This document shows positions 1 to 10,533 of a stretch of DNA of 11,209 nucleotides, in pieces. The notes under the pieces are model-generated. The model saw only the letters and a list, made by a program, of their open reading frames with translations. It was not told where the DNA came from and did no database searches. Made by a program: the position numbers and the translations under genes. Within the stretch, counting starts at the first letter, position 1, and each line of letters opens with the position of its first letter. Source of the DNA: Geosiphon pyriformis uo1 (Eukaryota > Fungi > Glomeromycota); assembly GCA_016748015.1 (NCBI GenBank), contig JAAOMT010000391.1, forward strand, positions 3,390-14,598, given 5' to 3'.

Positions 1-356
1 CCAGAAACCAAAACAAGAGCCAAACCATTAAATAGAATTAACTTATTCTTTTCTATATAAGTACAATGCTTAACATGAACTGATTAGACATCTTTCTTAA
101 AAGCAAGATTAAGAGAGTGCACAAATTTGACAACCTCCAAACCAGCAATTTTGGGATTGCAAAAGACAGAAACAGTTTCACAAAACCAATTATTAAAAAC
201 AAAACTCTTATAAAAAGCTATAAATACAGAGAAATTAGAGATACAAGATAACAACAGCTGTAATATATCTGAAAAAGAATGAAAGAGACCAGAAACTGCC
301 TCCCAGGAATCCACATAAGATTTTAATAACCAACATTAAACAGATTTATTAATTTT

Positions 357-404
357 ACAAAAGAACACATAATCTGACACCTCTACATCACCACAATATT
401 AGCA
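357..404 (-). other. C-terminal Zn-finger of ORF2, degenerate (C*YCGDVEVSDYVFFC)
   Basis: CxxC-x7-(H>Y)-x3-C spacing is typical of LINE ORF2 C-termini. It carries an internal stop and a probable CAT>TAT change. Confidence 0.7.
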
Positions 405-764
405 CAACACATTAGAATAAAGTCTATTATAAAGGTGCTTCTGAATGGCAACTGGCAGCTAATGGTGCAAAGCTTTCATGAAGTAAGTGTGTGTATTAGC
501 TGAGAGTCTACTGGTAAAACTGGCAGTTATGTACAAGTCAGGGTGCCAAACCAAAGATAAATGGAACCAGTTAACCTCAGAAAGCAAACTGCTTACCAAA
601 AATCTGGAACCAGAACCAACTTCTCAACATGTACGACAAACTGAATGATAAATATCATGGACAAAACATCTGAAATTGCCAGAAAACACACCATCATCAG
701 CTCTTATGAAGTGTTCACCCAAGTGAAAAGGAAAATACTAATTAAAGAGAGAAGTGTCACCAGC

Positions 765-1150
765 AATTGCATCAGTGTGCTTATTCCTGAAACACCAGAG
801 TGGTCTTTAATCTTATGCCAGCTGACCTTTAAATCCTTACTGCAAATAATATTGGTAATATAATAATGTTTAACCCAACACTAATTACAAAAGTCAGAAT
901 ACACCAGACCCAATTCTGACTTACAAGCATCTAAAGCAGATTGACTATCTGAAAACAAATTAACAGAGCACAGAGGAGGAACACACTCCAGAGCCAATGC
1001 TATAGTCTGCAACTCCACCAAAGTGGATAACATTAAACCTGACATACCAACACCCAAACCCAAATCAATGTTCTTGAAAAAGGCAGCAGCACCAGTTCTA
1101 CAGCCAATTGAGCCCAGATTACTAAGAGGTCTATCTGTATATACCAACAA
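765..1150 (-). other. RNase H domain of ORF2, degenerate
   Basis: LVYTD at 1133-1141 (YTDGS-like, here YTDRP); STLVELQTIALAL; LFSDSQSAL with DSQ at 941-949; VSWHKIKDHSGVSG (WVKGHSG-like) at ~785-830. Confidence 0.88.
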
Positions 1151-2019
1151 ACTGTCAGCACCAATTTGCAAGAAATGATTATGAACAGAAACAAAATCCT
1201 GAGATTCAAGAATGTTTAAAGAACCAACACTATCCAAAACTGAGAGACAAGTGGGAGATAGACTTCTACCATTTAGAAACACAACAAAAAGCTTGAACTA
1301 TTTAGGAACAGGGCCACGAGAGTCCAATCTCTTTCAATGCTTAAAAGTGTACTAATCAAAAACAGAACCACAATAATTACAAAGTTGATTCACAAAAGCA
1401 ATACCATATCATCAAAAAGAAGGGAAAAACCTAAGAAACTGTAACTTGTCCAAAACAACAGACATAGGGACTCCACCATAAAATTGAAAAGGATTGGCCA
1501 AAGAGCCACCCAAGAACAAATCACAATCAAAAAGAATGTGAACCATGTCTGCCAGAAAGTTATTAGAAGCACTAACATGAATATGCACAGAAGAATTCAA
1601 TAGATGAACAGAGTACCAGCACAGAACCTGTAAGTCATAAAATCTGTAAGAGAACAAATAACCCAAGATGCCACCAGAGTTTGCAAAACTAATGAGGAAA
1701 ACCACTTTGCTCTCAGACTAAACCTGAACAAAAAACTTCAAACCATAAAAAGAAGGGTAATAAATTGTATCACTAAGAAAATTGAGAGGTAGGCTGGATT
1801 TAAACTTCAAGTCCTTATAAATTAAAGCATCCTACTTGTTACATGTACCAATGGGAACAAAACTGAACTGTGTTCTATAACTAACTATAAAATAAAGAAC
1901 TGCTGACATCAAATATAAGAACTGCTTATCTGAAACAGCTTTTTTCAAGACTAGATTGGTAAAAAAATGAACGTCCGAATTTACCTTCATTAAACTAGAC
2001 TTTAATAGACCTTCAATTA

Positions 2020-3000
2020 ATAGAAAAATACCCAAATATTGATAAGATTCACCCTTTTTGGCAATAGAGATTGGCAAGCCATTGATAGAAAGAGAAGGAA
2101 TACTGACTCTGCTATTGATAGGAATGGTCACTGTTTTGTTATTATTGATAGAAATATCATTTATCCGAAAAAATTCACTTGTAATATTAAGAATATGTTG
2201 AGTAGCTACCTAATTACAGCCAACCCAAATTGTATCATCAACAAAAGCACCAGCAGCAAAAAAAAAAAAGAGCCCAGCCAAGGACTCAGCACAACTATTT
2301 CTTGAAATAAAATGAGAATTTAACCTATAACTGCACATACTTTTCTGCCTCTTAACTTTGTATAGCAGAGAATCATAAAATATATGCCACAAAGAAGAAA
2401 GAATATTTTCCCTTGGTCCAAACCATCATGTATATGATAACCATCTGTCAATCCAAAATCTGTCATCATTTTGTTGGTATAATCCCTATAAATATCACCA
2501 AAAAACTAAATAAACCTGCTGCACATCTTGATTCTGACCAAACTTTTCTCAAGATATTCCCAGCTGACTGAATCATATGCTTTTTGCATATCCTGTAAAA
2601 CCAGTCAGAGCTCCCGATTTTTTTCCAACACATCCTTAACCACTGATCTAACTGCAAAAATAGAAGACTGAGTCATCATGCTTTTTAAAACCAAAAAATT
2701 GTTCTCACAAAAAACACTAAAAGTGCTGCATGTCAAAGAAATTCTATTAGAGATTATCTTGGAAAAAATTTTATGAGCTGTTTCGATCAAAGTGATAGGA
2801 CAGGTATTCATAAAAACACTCTCCCATTCATGTGGTTTAGGAATTATTAAGACCCAAGTCTCTTTCCAAGCTTTGAGCACAGATTTGCAAAAAAGACACA
2901 AGTTTAAAAGTACTAAAAGCATATTCAAAATTGACTTGTCACAATGTTTCCAAAGCTCGTTTGTAATACTTGAGAGATCAGCAGCTTTGCCATCAGACAG
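2020..3000 (-). other. Reverse transcriptase domain (non-LTR type), degenerate
   Basis: GKAADLSSITNELWK; WKETWVLIIPK..NTCPITLIETAHKIFSKI; DMQKAYD at 2572-2592; GLDQG at 2410-2424; catalytic FVDD at 2234-2245; YQYLGIFL at ~2020-2045. Confidence 0.92.
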
Positions 3001-3859
3001 ATCAGAAATCACATCAAGCAGCTTATTAAACTTGACTGAATGCATCACACCAGAAAAGACTTTATCAAAAACATAATTCAATGGTCAATATTGACAAGAC
3101 CAGACATCAGAAACATCAGCAATCACATCACACTTCCTGGTTCATCTTTTTATAATAATGTCTACTTTAAATTTAACCAAATCGGGCTCTAAAATAAGTT
3201 TGTTATCAACAACCAAGTGGTTCAGAACCATTTTGCAGAAAGGATGCTTCAAAACACTTCTAATAGTATGACTCTTATTCATCTTGAAGCTTTCTATTCT
3301 TTTATTTATAGCAAATTTAATGTTCACTTTCTTAGCTGCCAGAAATTCAGCAAGCTTAGATGCACAATATAACTTCTTAATACCAGAGAGAGTAAAATAA
3401 ACACAATTAGAGTCCGTATCAGAGTTAATGAGATCTTAAATAACTGAGGCTTTGATATCATCTAAAGAGTCCCAGCACTTTATAAGAGAGACAAAACTGA
3501 CACTATTTTCTTCACGAGAGGCCTTAATAATTTTCGAAACCAAAAGTTCCAACCTGTGAAACCTCAAAGAAACTTTGGTGAACACACTGTCAAAATTCTT
3601 GAACCACTTCTTTCTAAATATTCCATTTGCCAAAAGCATTATAATCCTGTGTAAAACATTCTATATGGCATCTAGGTCTGAGAGCTTGATAGTAGTAGCA
3701 ACCTTATTGGAGAACATTCTAGTATTGACTGACATGGCATTTTTAAAATTTTCTCACTTATTGACATCAGCACCCTTGAAATCAAACTTCCACCAATCTC
3801 TATTTGCTTGTTTGTGAAGAGAGTTCAGCTGCACATCCAAAAGCCCACCCAAGCCCACA

Positions 3860-3960
3860 NNNNNNNNNNNNNNNNNNNNNNNNNNNNNNNNNNNNNNNNN
3901 NNNNNNNNNNNNNNNNNNNNNNNNNNNNNNNNNNNNNNNNNNNNNNNNNNNNNNNNNNNN
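3860..3960. other. Assembly gap (N run) inside the APE endonuclease domain
   Basis: A run of 101 N, with LINE ORF2 sequence on both sides. Confidence 0.99.
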
Positions 3961-4096
3961 CTCTGTAACTTGGTCTCAGTAATAATTGAAATCAAATTGC
4001 CCATATCTTTGTGCCAACAAACAATATCCTTCTGTTTTGCAGGATTATTCATACCTTGAACATTACAAGTAGCAATTTTCTAAACTAGACTGATTA

Positions 4097-6060
4097 TTAA
4101 GATGAATGAGAAGACAACAAACCCAAACCAGAACACAAAGAGTCTAAACTCACCAAAACCAAACTGACTGAAATCTTCAGAGCCATCATTTTTAATTCTA
4201 ATCCACCAACCTTGGTGGTAAGCACTTTTGAACTGCTCAGACTTAGTTTGGGGATAGCATTATTGACCAACAGAAGAGAAGGAGAAGAAAGCACTACCAC
4301 ACTATTCACAATCATATCTAAATTCAAAGCTGAATCCAAAGGAGGAGCAACAAAAAAGGAATGAGCACAAGGTGGCAATGACATTGGCATCAAATTTACA
4401 AGGCTCAATCTTTTTAAAATATCTGAAACCTGATCTGACAAAAGCTCTAAAGAATGCTCCAGAAAAGCCATATGGTTGGCCAAACCAGAATTATCAAGAA
4501 GGTTGGAAGCCATTACCAAGAGTTTCACACTTAAAAGCGAACCAGTACCAGAAAAAACTAACAAAACCATATGAAAAAGAAAGCCACCTGCAACTTGGGC
4601 CTAAGTTTTTTTACCAAAAGACACTGGGCAGGCAACCAGAGCCTGCTTTCTCTTATAAATCTTAACTAAACAAATCTGATCTTAAGAAGATACCACCCAC
4701 TTATGACAAACTCCAAAATTCCTACCAACTAAACACGCATCAGAAATATGACCAAATTGTCTACACTTGGTGCAACAAGCCAGAGAAAGACCAGTTCAGT
4801 GTAAATTCACACCCTTATAAACTGGAACAGAACCAATAGCAGCCAATTGGATGTCTCATTATTAAAACAAATAACAGTGCATTTATTATGAACATATGAA
4901 CCAGAATTACAACCAATAAAGCAAGTTTTCCCACCATAAGAATTCACTAAACCTGACAAATCATAAGCAGTGGTACCAACTGGAAGTGTGTACAACAAAG
5001 CCCAATAGTAATTTCTGAAAACTCATATTTGTTTATTATTAATAGCTTTTGCTACATGAACAGAATTTTTTTCCATGAAGACAGACTATCTAGCTATGAC
5101 CAAATCAGCTATTTCAGAAGACTCAAACTTCACTAAGGCTTTTTGCCATAGACTAATCAGTTGCACCTTGATTGAAACTACATTGCCAAACTTGAAAAAA
5201 ACAGATTCTATAGCCAATTTGAGAAGATTGACTGGAATCTCTTTGATGATTACCTCCTAATCTGAACGGCTATTTATTTTTCTTAAATCATTATTAACAA
5301 TAATTTTCTCACAAATTGCCAATATCTTTGCCTTATTCAAACTAAACTCAGAAGTGAATGAAGCTCTAATAATGTCTGGAAATTTTGAGGGAGTCAACGC
5401 CCCTCCAAAATCATCAATTCAATAAAAAATTTTTTTTATCACCAATAATTTATCACTATTAGTCTTTTTAGGAACAACAGACAACTTAACATCTAACACA
5501 AACAATTTTACTGGCTTGAAATTCCGTTTTTCCAGAACACATAACTTGGTAGACAGCAGCTAATTGGATTTAACAAATTTAGGTGCTGAGAGCACCAATT
5601 CACTATTGTCATTACTTGCATTCACAAAAAAAAGAGCTTTCGGTGGTTGCTCCAAGACATAAGTTCTTATTCTTGTCTTCCTAAGAGTTGTGTCATCTAT
5701 CATGTCATCCATTTTAGAAGCATTGAAGTCAACATAGCTCATTTCTTCAGTGACTGTGTTCTTCAAGTTTTCTACATCCGACAATTCACTCATACTGCTT
5801 TTTTCACTTTCTATTTCACTGTCTCAAGATCTGTTATGCCTAATATTAGTAGCTTGCAATATCTCAGCAAACAAAGGCCCAGCCAACAAATTCACAACAG
5901 TACCAAAAGCTTCAAGTTTCTTTGGTTTCTTGAAAAAAAAACCACAAGAGTACACATTATTGACTTGTGCCTTTTTTTTGTTATTCTTATTACTAGACTG
6001 GAATTCCAACCCAGCTGACAATGAACCAAAACTACCAGTAAGTATGCTCATTGGTTCCAT
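4097..6060 (-). pseudogene. LINE ORF1 (gag-like nucleic-acid chaperone), disrupted
   Basis: Joins track fragments 5824-6060, 5560-5793, 4807-4998 and 4097-4570. RRM-like segment EVIIKEIPVNL..IESVFFKFGNVVSIKVQLISLWQKALVKFESSE at ~5100-5256; zinc knuckle at 4733-4774; ATG at 6058-6060; TAA at 4097-4099; several internal stops and frameshifts. Confidence 0.85.
4733..4774 (-). other. CCHC zinc knuckle of ORF1 (CTKCRQFGHISDAC)
   Basis: Manual minus-strand translation gives an exact C-x2-C-x4-H-x4-C. It is not shown in the ORF track. Confidence 0.9.
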
Positions 6061-6189
6061 TATAACAAAAAGAGATGCATTAGAAGAAATGATTTAAGTA
6101 AACAAAAAGAAAAAAGGAAGAAAAGGAAAAGAAAACCAACTTCTTTAAACAAAAAACTATAGCTCTCTTTATGGTTAGGGAATCAACGA

Positions 6190-8080
6190 AAAAAAGTTTT
6201 TTTTTATTTTTTATCTTATATACTATATATTTTATTTACAAAAAACTTTAACAAACTAGTTAGTTTTAAGCTAAACAAAACTTTTTAAATAGAATATCTC
6301 ATAAATAATTTGATTTTACCAGAGTTTAATTTTTTTAGAGAAAATAATATTATGGTTAAAAACCATAGTTTTTATTAGTTATTATATATATTAGCCACTA
6401 ATATTATATAATTTTCTGTACTATTTTTAAATAGTAATCATTAACTTAATCAATAATTTAATTGTTAATCTAACTATTAATTTGATCATTAATCTAATTA
6501 ATAATTTGATTGTTGACTATTTTTAATAGCTATATAAGCAATAAGTTTTTAAATATAAAAATATATATAAGAAATCAAAAGAATAAAACAGTATCTATTA
6601 ATTTAATCTTTTTTTTATTGTTTATTTTCTTTTTTTTCTTTTTTACTTTCAAGTATTTAAATATTTTGAAATAAAAAATTACTTGTTAATATTTATCTAT
6701 CTTTTTTTAATTTATATAATTGTAATATTTGAAAATTATTAAATTTGATATTTAATATTAAATTTTAAAAATGCTAATATAAAACATAGAATTGTATCAG
6801 TATGTTATTATTTATTAACAGTACAGATTATTTTTCTATTTTTAAATTTTTTAATTATCTTTTGAAAAAATTAACAACTAAAATATTTTATGAAATTAAT
6901 TTTATATATTAAATTTATGCTCATTTAATTTACTCTTTAAAGTTGAATTCTTTTTAATTAATTTATTATTTTACAATCTTGTTCTTCTTTGTTATTTGTT
7001 AATTTGTTACTTTAATTTATAATAATATTTTTAGTTTGTCAAAATATTAGAAAAAAATACTAAATTATTAATAGTATTACAATAAATAGTATAAAAAAAA
7101 GCTTTTTTTTTTAAGAAAATATATTTTTAAGTCTGAATTTAAAATAATTTTCTTGAATATATTTTTTTTTTTTTTTTTAGTTTTTATATTTTTTTTTTAT
7201 ATTATTTAAATAACTTATAGTTAAAAATTTTTGTAAAAAAATTAATTTATACAATAAAATAATTACATATTATTTAGAAAATTTACAAATAAGATTTTTT
7301 AAAAAAAAAATTAACTTTTATTACAAATAATTACACAAAATAATTGATATAGAATTAATTATTCTATTTTAAATTTAACAATATATATAATTTAAAGTAT
7401 AAAAAAATATTTTAAAAGAAAAATTAGCTTATTAAAGAGTTTTTAACTTTTATTAATAGCAAAATTAACAGCAAAACAATATTAATAACATTAAAAAAAA
7501 GATAAAAAAATTTCTGATAACATTGGTTTTTTTGTGTTAAAACAGTATTTTATTTTATTTTTTTTAGTATTTACAACTTCAGCTAAACTACCAATTAGTT
7601 TTATAGTCACAAACAGATTTGTATTAAAATAAATAATTAATAATTTTATAAAAAATATAAAATATTAATTTAAAATTATTAAAACTTAAATATAAAAATA
7701 TATTTAAAATAAAAAATTAAATAAGTATTTAAATAAAAAATTATTAAATACTTAAATAAAATAAAACAAATAGTTTTTTTAATTTATATAGCTTAATATA
7801 AGTTTAAATTATTGGTTATATACAAAAAATGTGTAAGTAATATTTTTGTTACATATTTTAAGTTTTAATTAAATTATATTTAATTTTTTCCAATTTTAAA
7901 AGTTACAATTATTTTTACTTTAAAATAATAAAACAAATTTTATTTAATATTAAAATATATAAAACAATAATAATGTCAATTTAACAAAACAAAAATAATT
8001 TAATGAATATTGCACAATACAATAATTATTAAAAAAACAATTATATTATAGAGTAAAAACTCTGATTATTGTTGTAATTT
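6190..8080. other. Extremely AT-rich non-coding block, possibly a hyper-mutated repeat relic
   Basis: By eye close to 90% A+T, with long A/T runs, no ORF in the track and no CpG noticed between ~6200 and 8086. Confidence 0.8.
6435..6518. repeat. Degenerate tandem array, 7 x 12 bp
   Basis: Units: taatcattaact / taatcaataatt / taattgttaatc / taactattaatt / tgatcattaatc / taattaataatt / tgattgttgact, with no indels. Confidence 0.75.
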
Positions 8081-8209
8081 AACAAAGGCGGGTTTGTTAC
8101 CTAAATAGTAAATTTATACTGATAAATCAAAGATCTGAAACGTCATTGACACGAACCAAACATATATTAGGCCATATTTTCCCAAACCATAACAAACACG
8201 CAAAACACC

Positions 8210-10031
8210 ATGGCGAGCGTGGACAAAATCGAACGTGAATTAGAATACGCTAAGACCCAGTATGATAAATGCGAGGAGAAGCTAGATAGGTTAAGTGAAT
8301 TAAAGAAGAAGTTGAGAGGTAAAAAGTGGACGGACAGTGATGAAAAGGAGGCATGGATAGAAGAAAAGGAAGAGCTAGAAGAAGAAGTGAAGGAGCTAAA
8401 AACGAGTAAAGATAGATGGGAGTTGCAGATGCAAAAATTACAAAATACGTTGATGGAAACAACTCAGACAGGTAACTCGGGCGTTGGGAAATGGAATAGG
8501 ATAAAAAAGTACTTTCTTTGGGGAAATAGAGTAGTGTGTAATAGGGTAGAATAGACATAGTAATGTGGTTTTCTATACTGTGGATTTATCACTAACTGGA
8601 GTTACTTTTCTAGTTAAAATCAGCTTGGAAGATGCGCTGTCATCTATACCACCCCCCGTAAGATATTCTTCAACAGGTGTTACATCGAAGACCACTACGA
8701 AAGTCCATGGTAACCCACCGACAAGTGTACTGCTTTGGGATAACTTTCTCGAGGAAGTGAACCAATTCCGCTTCGATCAACAACCGAGATTCGAGAGACC
8801 GCAATTTGCTAAAGATAGAGAGATGATTAATGAAGAAGATGTTCGTGATGCCTTGAATTCCAACATTTGTACAGTGGTAAATAAACTTACGGGACCAGAT
8901 TTTGACTTTTCGATGCGAGGAACTCATACTCCTGGCATACCGGATTTCACCTGTCACTATCTTGTGGAACAATTGATCTTGGTGATTGAAGTTAAAAGAA
9001 AGCATGTGTTAGAAGATATTGGTGGAAGGAGGTTTCCCGAGTTTTATCAGGATAATGACAAGGCAAGAATGGTGGTCCAACAAATCTACAATTATATGGG
9101 AGCAAATGAGCGTAGATATGGTATTTTAACCACCTACGATAATCACTGGTTTCTACGCCGAGAGCACACAATGCTCTGGATCTCAGAAACTCTTTCACTA
9201 CAATCAAAATCTCCGCCAGTGCTTAAGGCGTACGCTTATTTGGCTCGACAAGCAAAGGATAATCCTGAATCCCTTAATCCATATCGGGTGCCAGTACCAA
9301 CTCATGGAAATAATAATTCACGTGTTCTTCGATCACAGTCAAAATTATCTTCTACCCAATCAGCAAATCAACAATCGACTACCAGCACATCCACATATCA
9401 ACAATCACCCAACGCTTCGGACAAGCTACATAATTTTGCTTTTACAGACTTTAAGTTCATGGATATACTAGGTCAAGGCCGAAGTGGTAAAACGCTCTTA
9501 TGCGAATTTCGCGGTGAAACAATTGCTTTAAAGACTGTCGACTTGGCAAAAGCACCACCATATGTTCTGGAAGAAATGCAAAAAGAAGTAGAGATCTATG
9601 AAAGTCTTGCTGATATCCAGGGACAATATATTCCAAAATTGGTTTGTCATGGATATTATGGAGGAGGGATGTGCTTCATTATTGGATTGACCATTGTTGG
9701 TACCCCATTGGATAAGCACAAAATAACGAAACAGCAAAGTTCAAGAGCTCTTAAGGCATTAGAAGCCATCCACAAGCATGACATTCTCCACAATGACATT
9801 CGGGAGGAAAATATTTTAGTTGATGACAGTGGAGACATATATTTGATAGATTTTGGAATAGCAAGTCGGGCAGACACAAAAAAGAAGCGAAAGCTTTTTG
9901 AGGAAGAACAGATGAAATTATCTCGTTTACTAGATGAATATACAGTCATGCCCCACAGTTGCCCTGTCAGTTCCCAGGAATCTGATGATTGTATAGAGGA
10001 TATGACTACAAAAACTGTCTTATGTAACTGA
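8210..10031 (+). CDS. Two-exon gene join(8210..8471,8614..10031), 559 aa: coiled-coil + PD-(D/E)xK restriction-endonuclease-like domain + protein-kinase-like domain (Spok-like / Crinkler REase-kinase-like)
   Basis: ATG in good context (aacaccATGG). Splicing gives G+TT = Val in frame; total 1680 nt with no internal stop. Nuclease motifs: IPDF (PD at 8940-8945), IEVK (EVK at 8988-8996), QQIYNYM, YGILTTYDNHWFL. Kinase motifs: GQGRSG (9471-9488), ALK (K at 9531), EVEIY, HNDIREEN (9789-9812), DFG (9849-9857). Confidence 0.9.
8472..8613 (+). other. Spliceosomal GT-AG intron, 142 nt, phase 1
   Basis: Donor AG|GTAACT; branch point CACTAAC at 8590-8596; acceptor ttttcTAG ending at 8613. Removing it fuses the 8210 and 8565 ORFs in frame. 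Confidence 0.9.
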
Positions 10032-10533
10032 GTATGCAATCAAATATTATCATGCTTTTATATTGGTTGAAATACTGGTAATGTGGTAACAAAAAAAAAG
10101 AGAGATAAACCTATGTTTGGTCATTCTCAGTAAGATTAATGTGGTCATAGAATTTGAGTTGATTATTGCTAGAATAAAAATAGTCATTTTATTGAATTCC
10201 GTTGTAATCCTTGTGTATTTTGAATGAGGTAATAAATGGAATCACACTGCTGCAACATTTGTAATTTAATGCGTTTTATTTTATTTCGCCATTTTTTTAG
10301 GTCAAATAACAGGGAGTTTTCTTTGGAACTCGTTGTTGGTATTTCACTTAGACCATTAACTTAAGAATGCCAGAGTAGTTTCATAACAGAAACCATAGTA
10401 GTAAATGTAAGTTTCAATCAAACGTGATTTATTCCGGACTTAACGATCGACAGAAACTACAGTAAAATAGTTTGATGCCTTTGTTTGAACAAATATGCAG
10501 ATTACTGTTATGAAAGTGATAATTTATTTATAG

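Larger units (their letters stand above)
1..4097 (-). pseudogene. LINE ORF2 polyprotein (APE endonuclease - reverse transcriptase - RNase H - Zn finger), disrupted
   Basis: Begins SLV*KIATCNVQGMNNPAKQ..ITETKL just after the ORF1 stop and continues through many broken minus-strand ORFs to position 1. Stops fall at Trp-like positions, e.g. 4080-4082 and 2605-2607; there is a frameshift near 2392. Confidence 0.92.
1..6190 (-). mobile_element. Degenerate non-LTR (LINE-type) retrotransposon with RNase H; near full length, 3' end outside the window
   Basis: Minus-strand fragments are colinear in canonical LINE order: ORF1 (RRM-like, CCHC), APE start (IATCNVQG..TETKL), RT motifs (IPK..PITL, DMQKAYD, GLDQG, FVDD, YLG), RNase H (YTD..EL..DSQ..HSG) and CxxC..C finger. 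The 5' boundary is approximate, set where the pyrimidine-rich leader gives way to the AT-rich block. Confidence 0.93.

Noticed and set aside
645-6097. Plus-strand ORFs over the LINE (645, 2039, 2792, 3575, 3808, 4372, 5075, 5647, 5750)
   Set aside because: Antisense shadows of the minus-strand retrotransposon frames, with no motifs of their own.
6435-6518. CRISPR or telomeric interpretation of the 12-bp array
   Set aside because: No spacers, no cas genes, eukaryotic context, and the unit is unlike telomeric repeats.
6190-8080. Centromere, origin or organellar insertion interpretation of the AT-rich block
   Set aside because: No diagnostic motif or gene remnant; composition alone is insufficient.
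8472-8605. 7-bp inverted repeat gtaactc/gagttac near the intron ends (Introner-like?)
   Set aside because: Too short, offset from the acceptor, and no clear target-site duplication; compatible with chance.
8565-8613. Track start of the 488-aa ORF and separate-gene (operon-like toxin-antitoxin pair) model
   Set aside because: The start is a GTG inside an intron with clear splice signals; a single spliced gene explains both ORFs.
8250-10039. Minus-strand ORFs overlapping the nuclease-kinase gene, as a possible antisense antitoxin
   Set aside because: No recognisable motifs; expected shadows of a long coding frame; no independent support.
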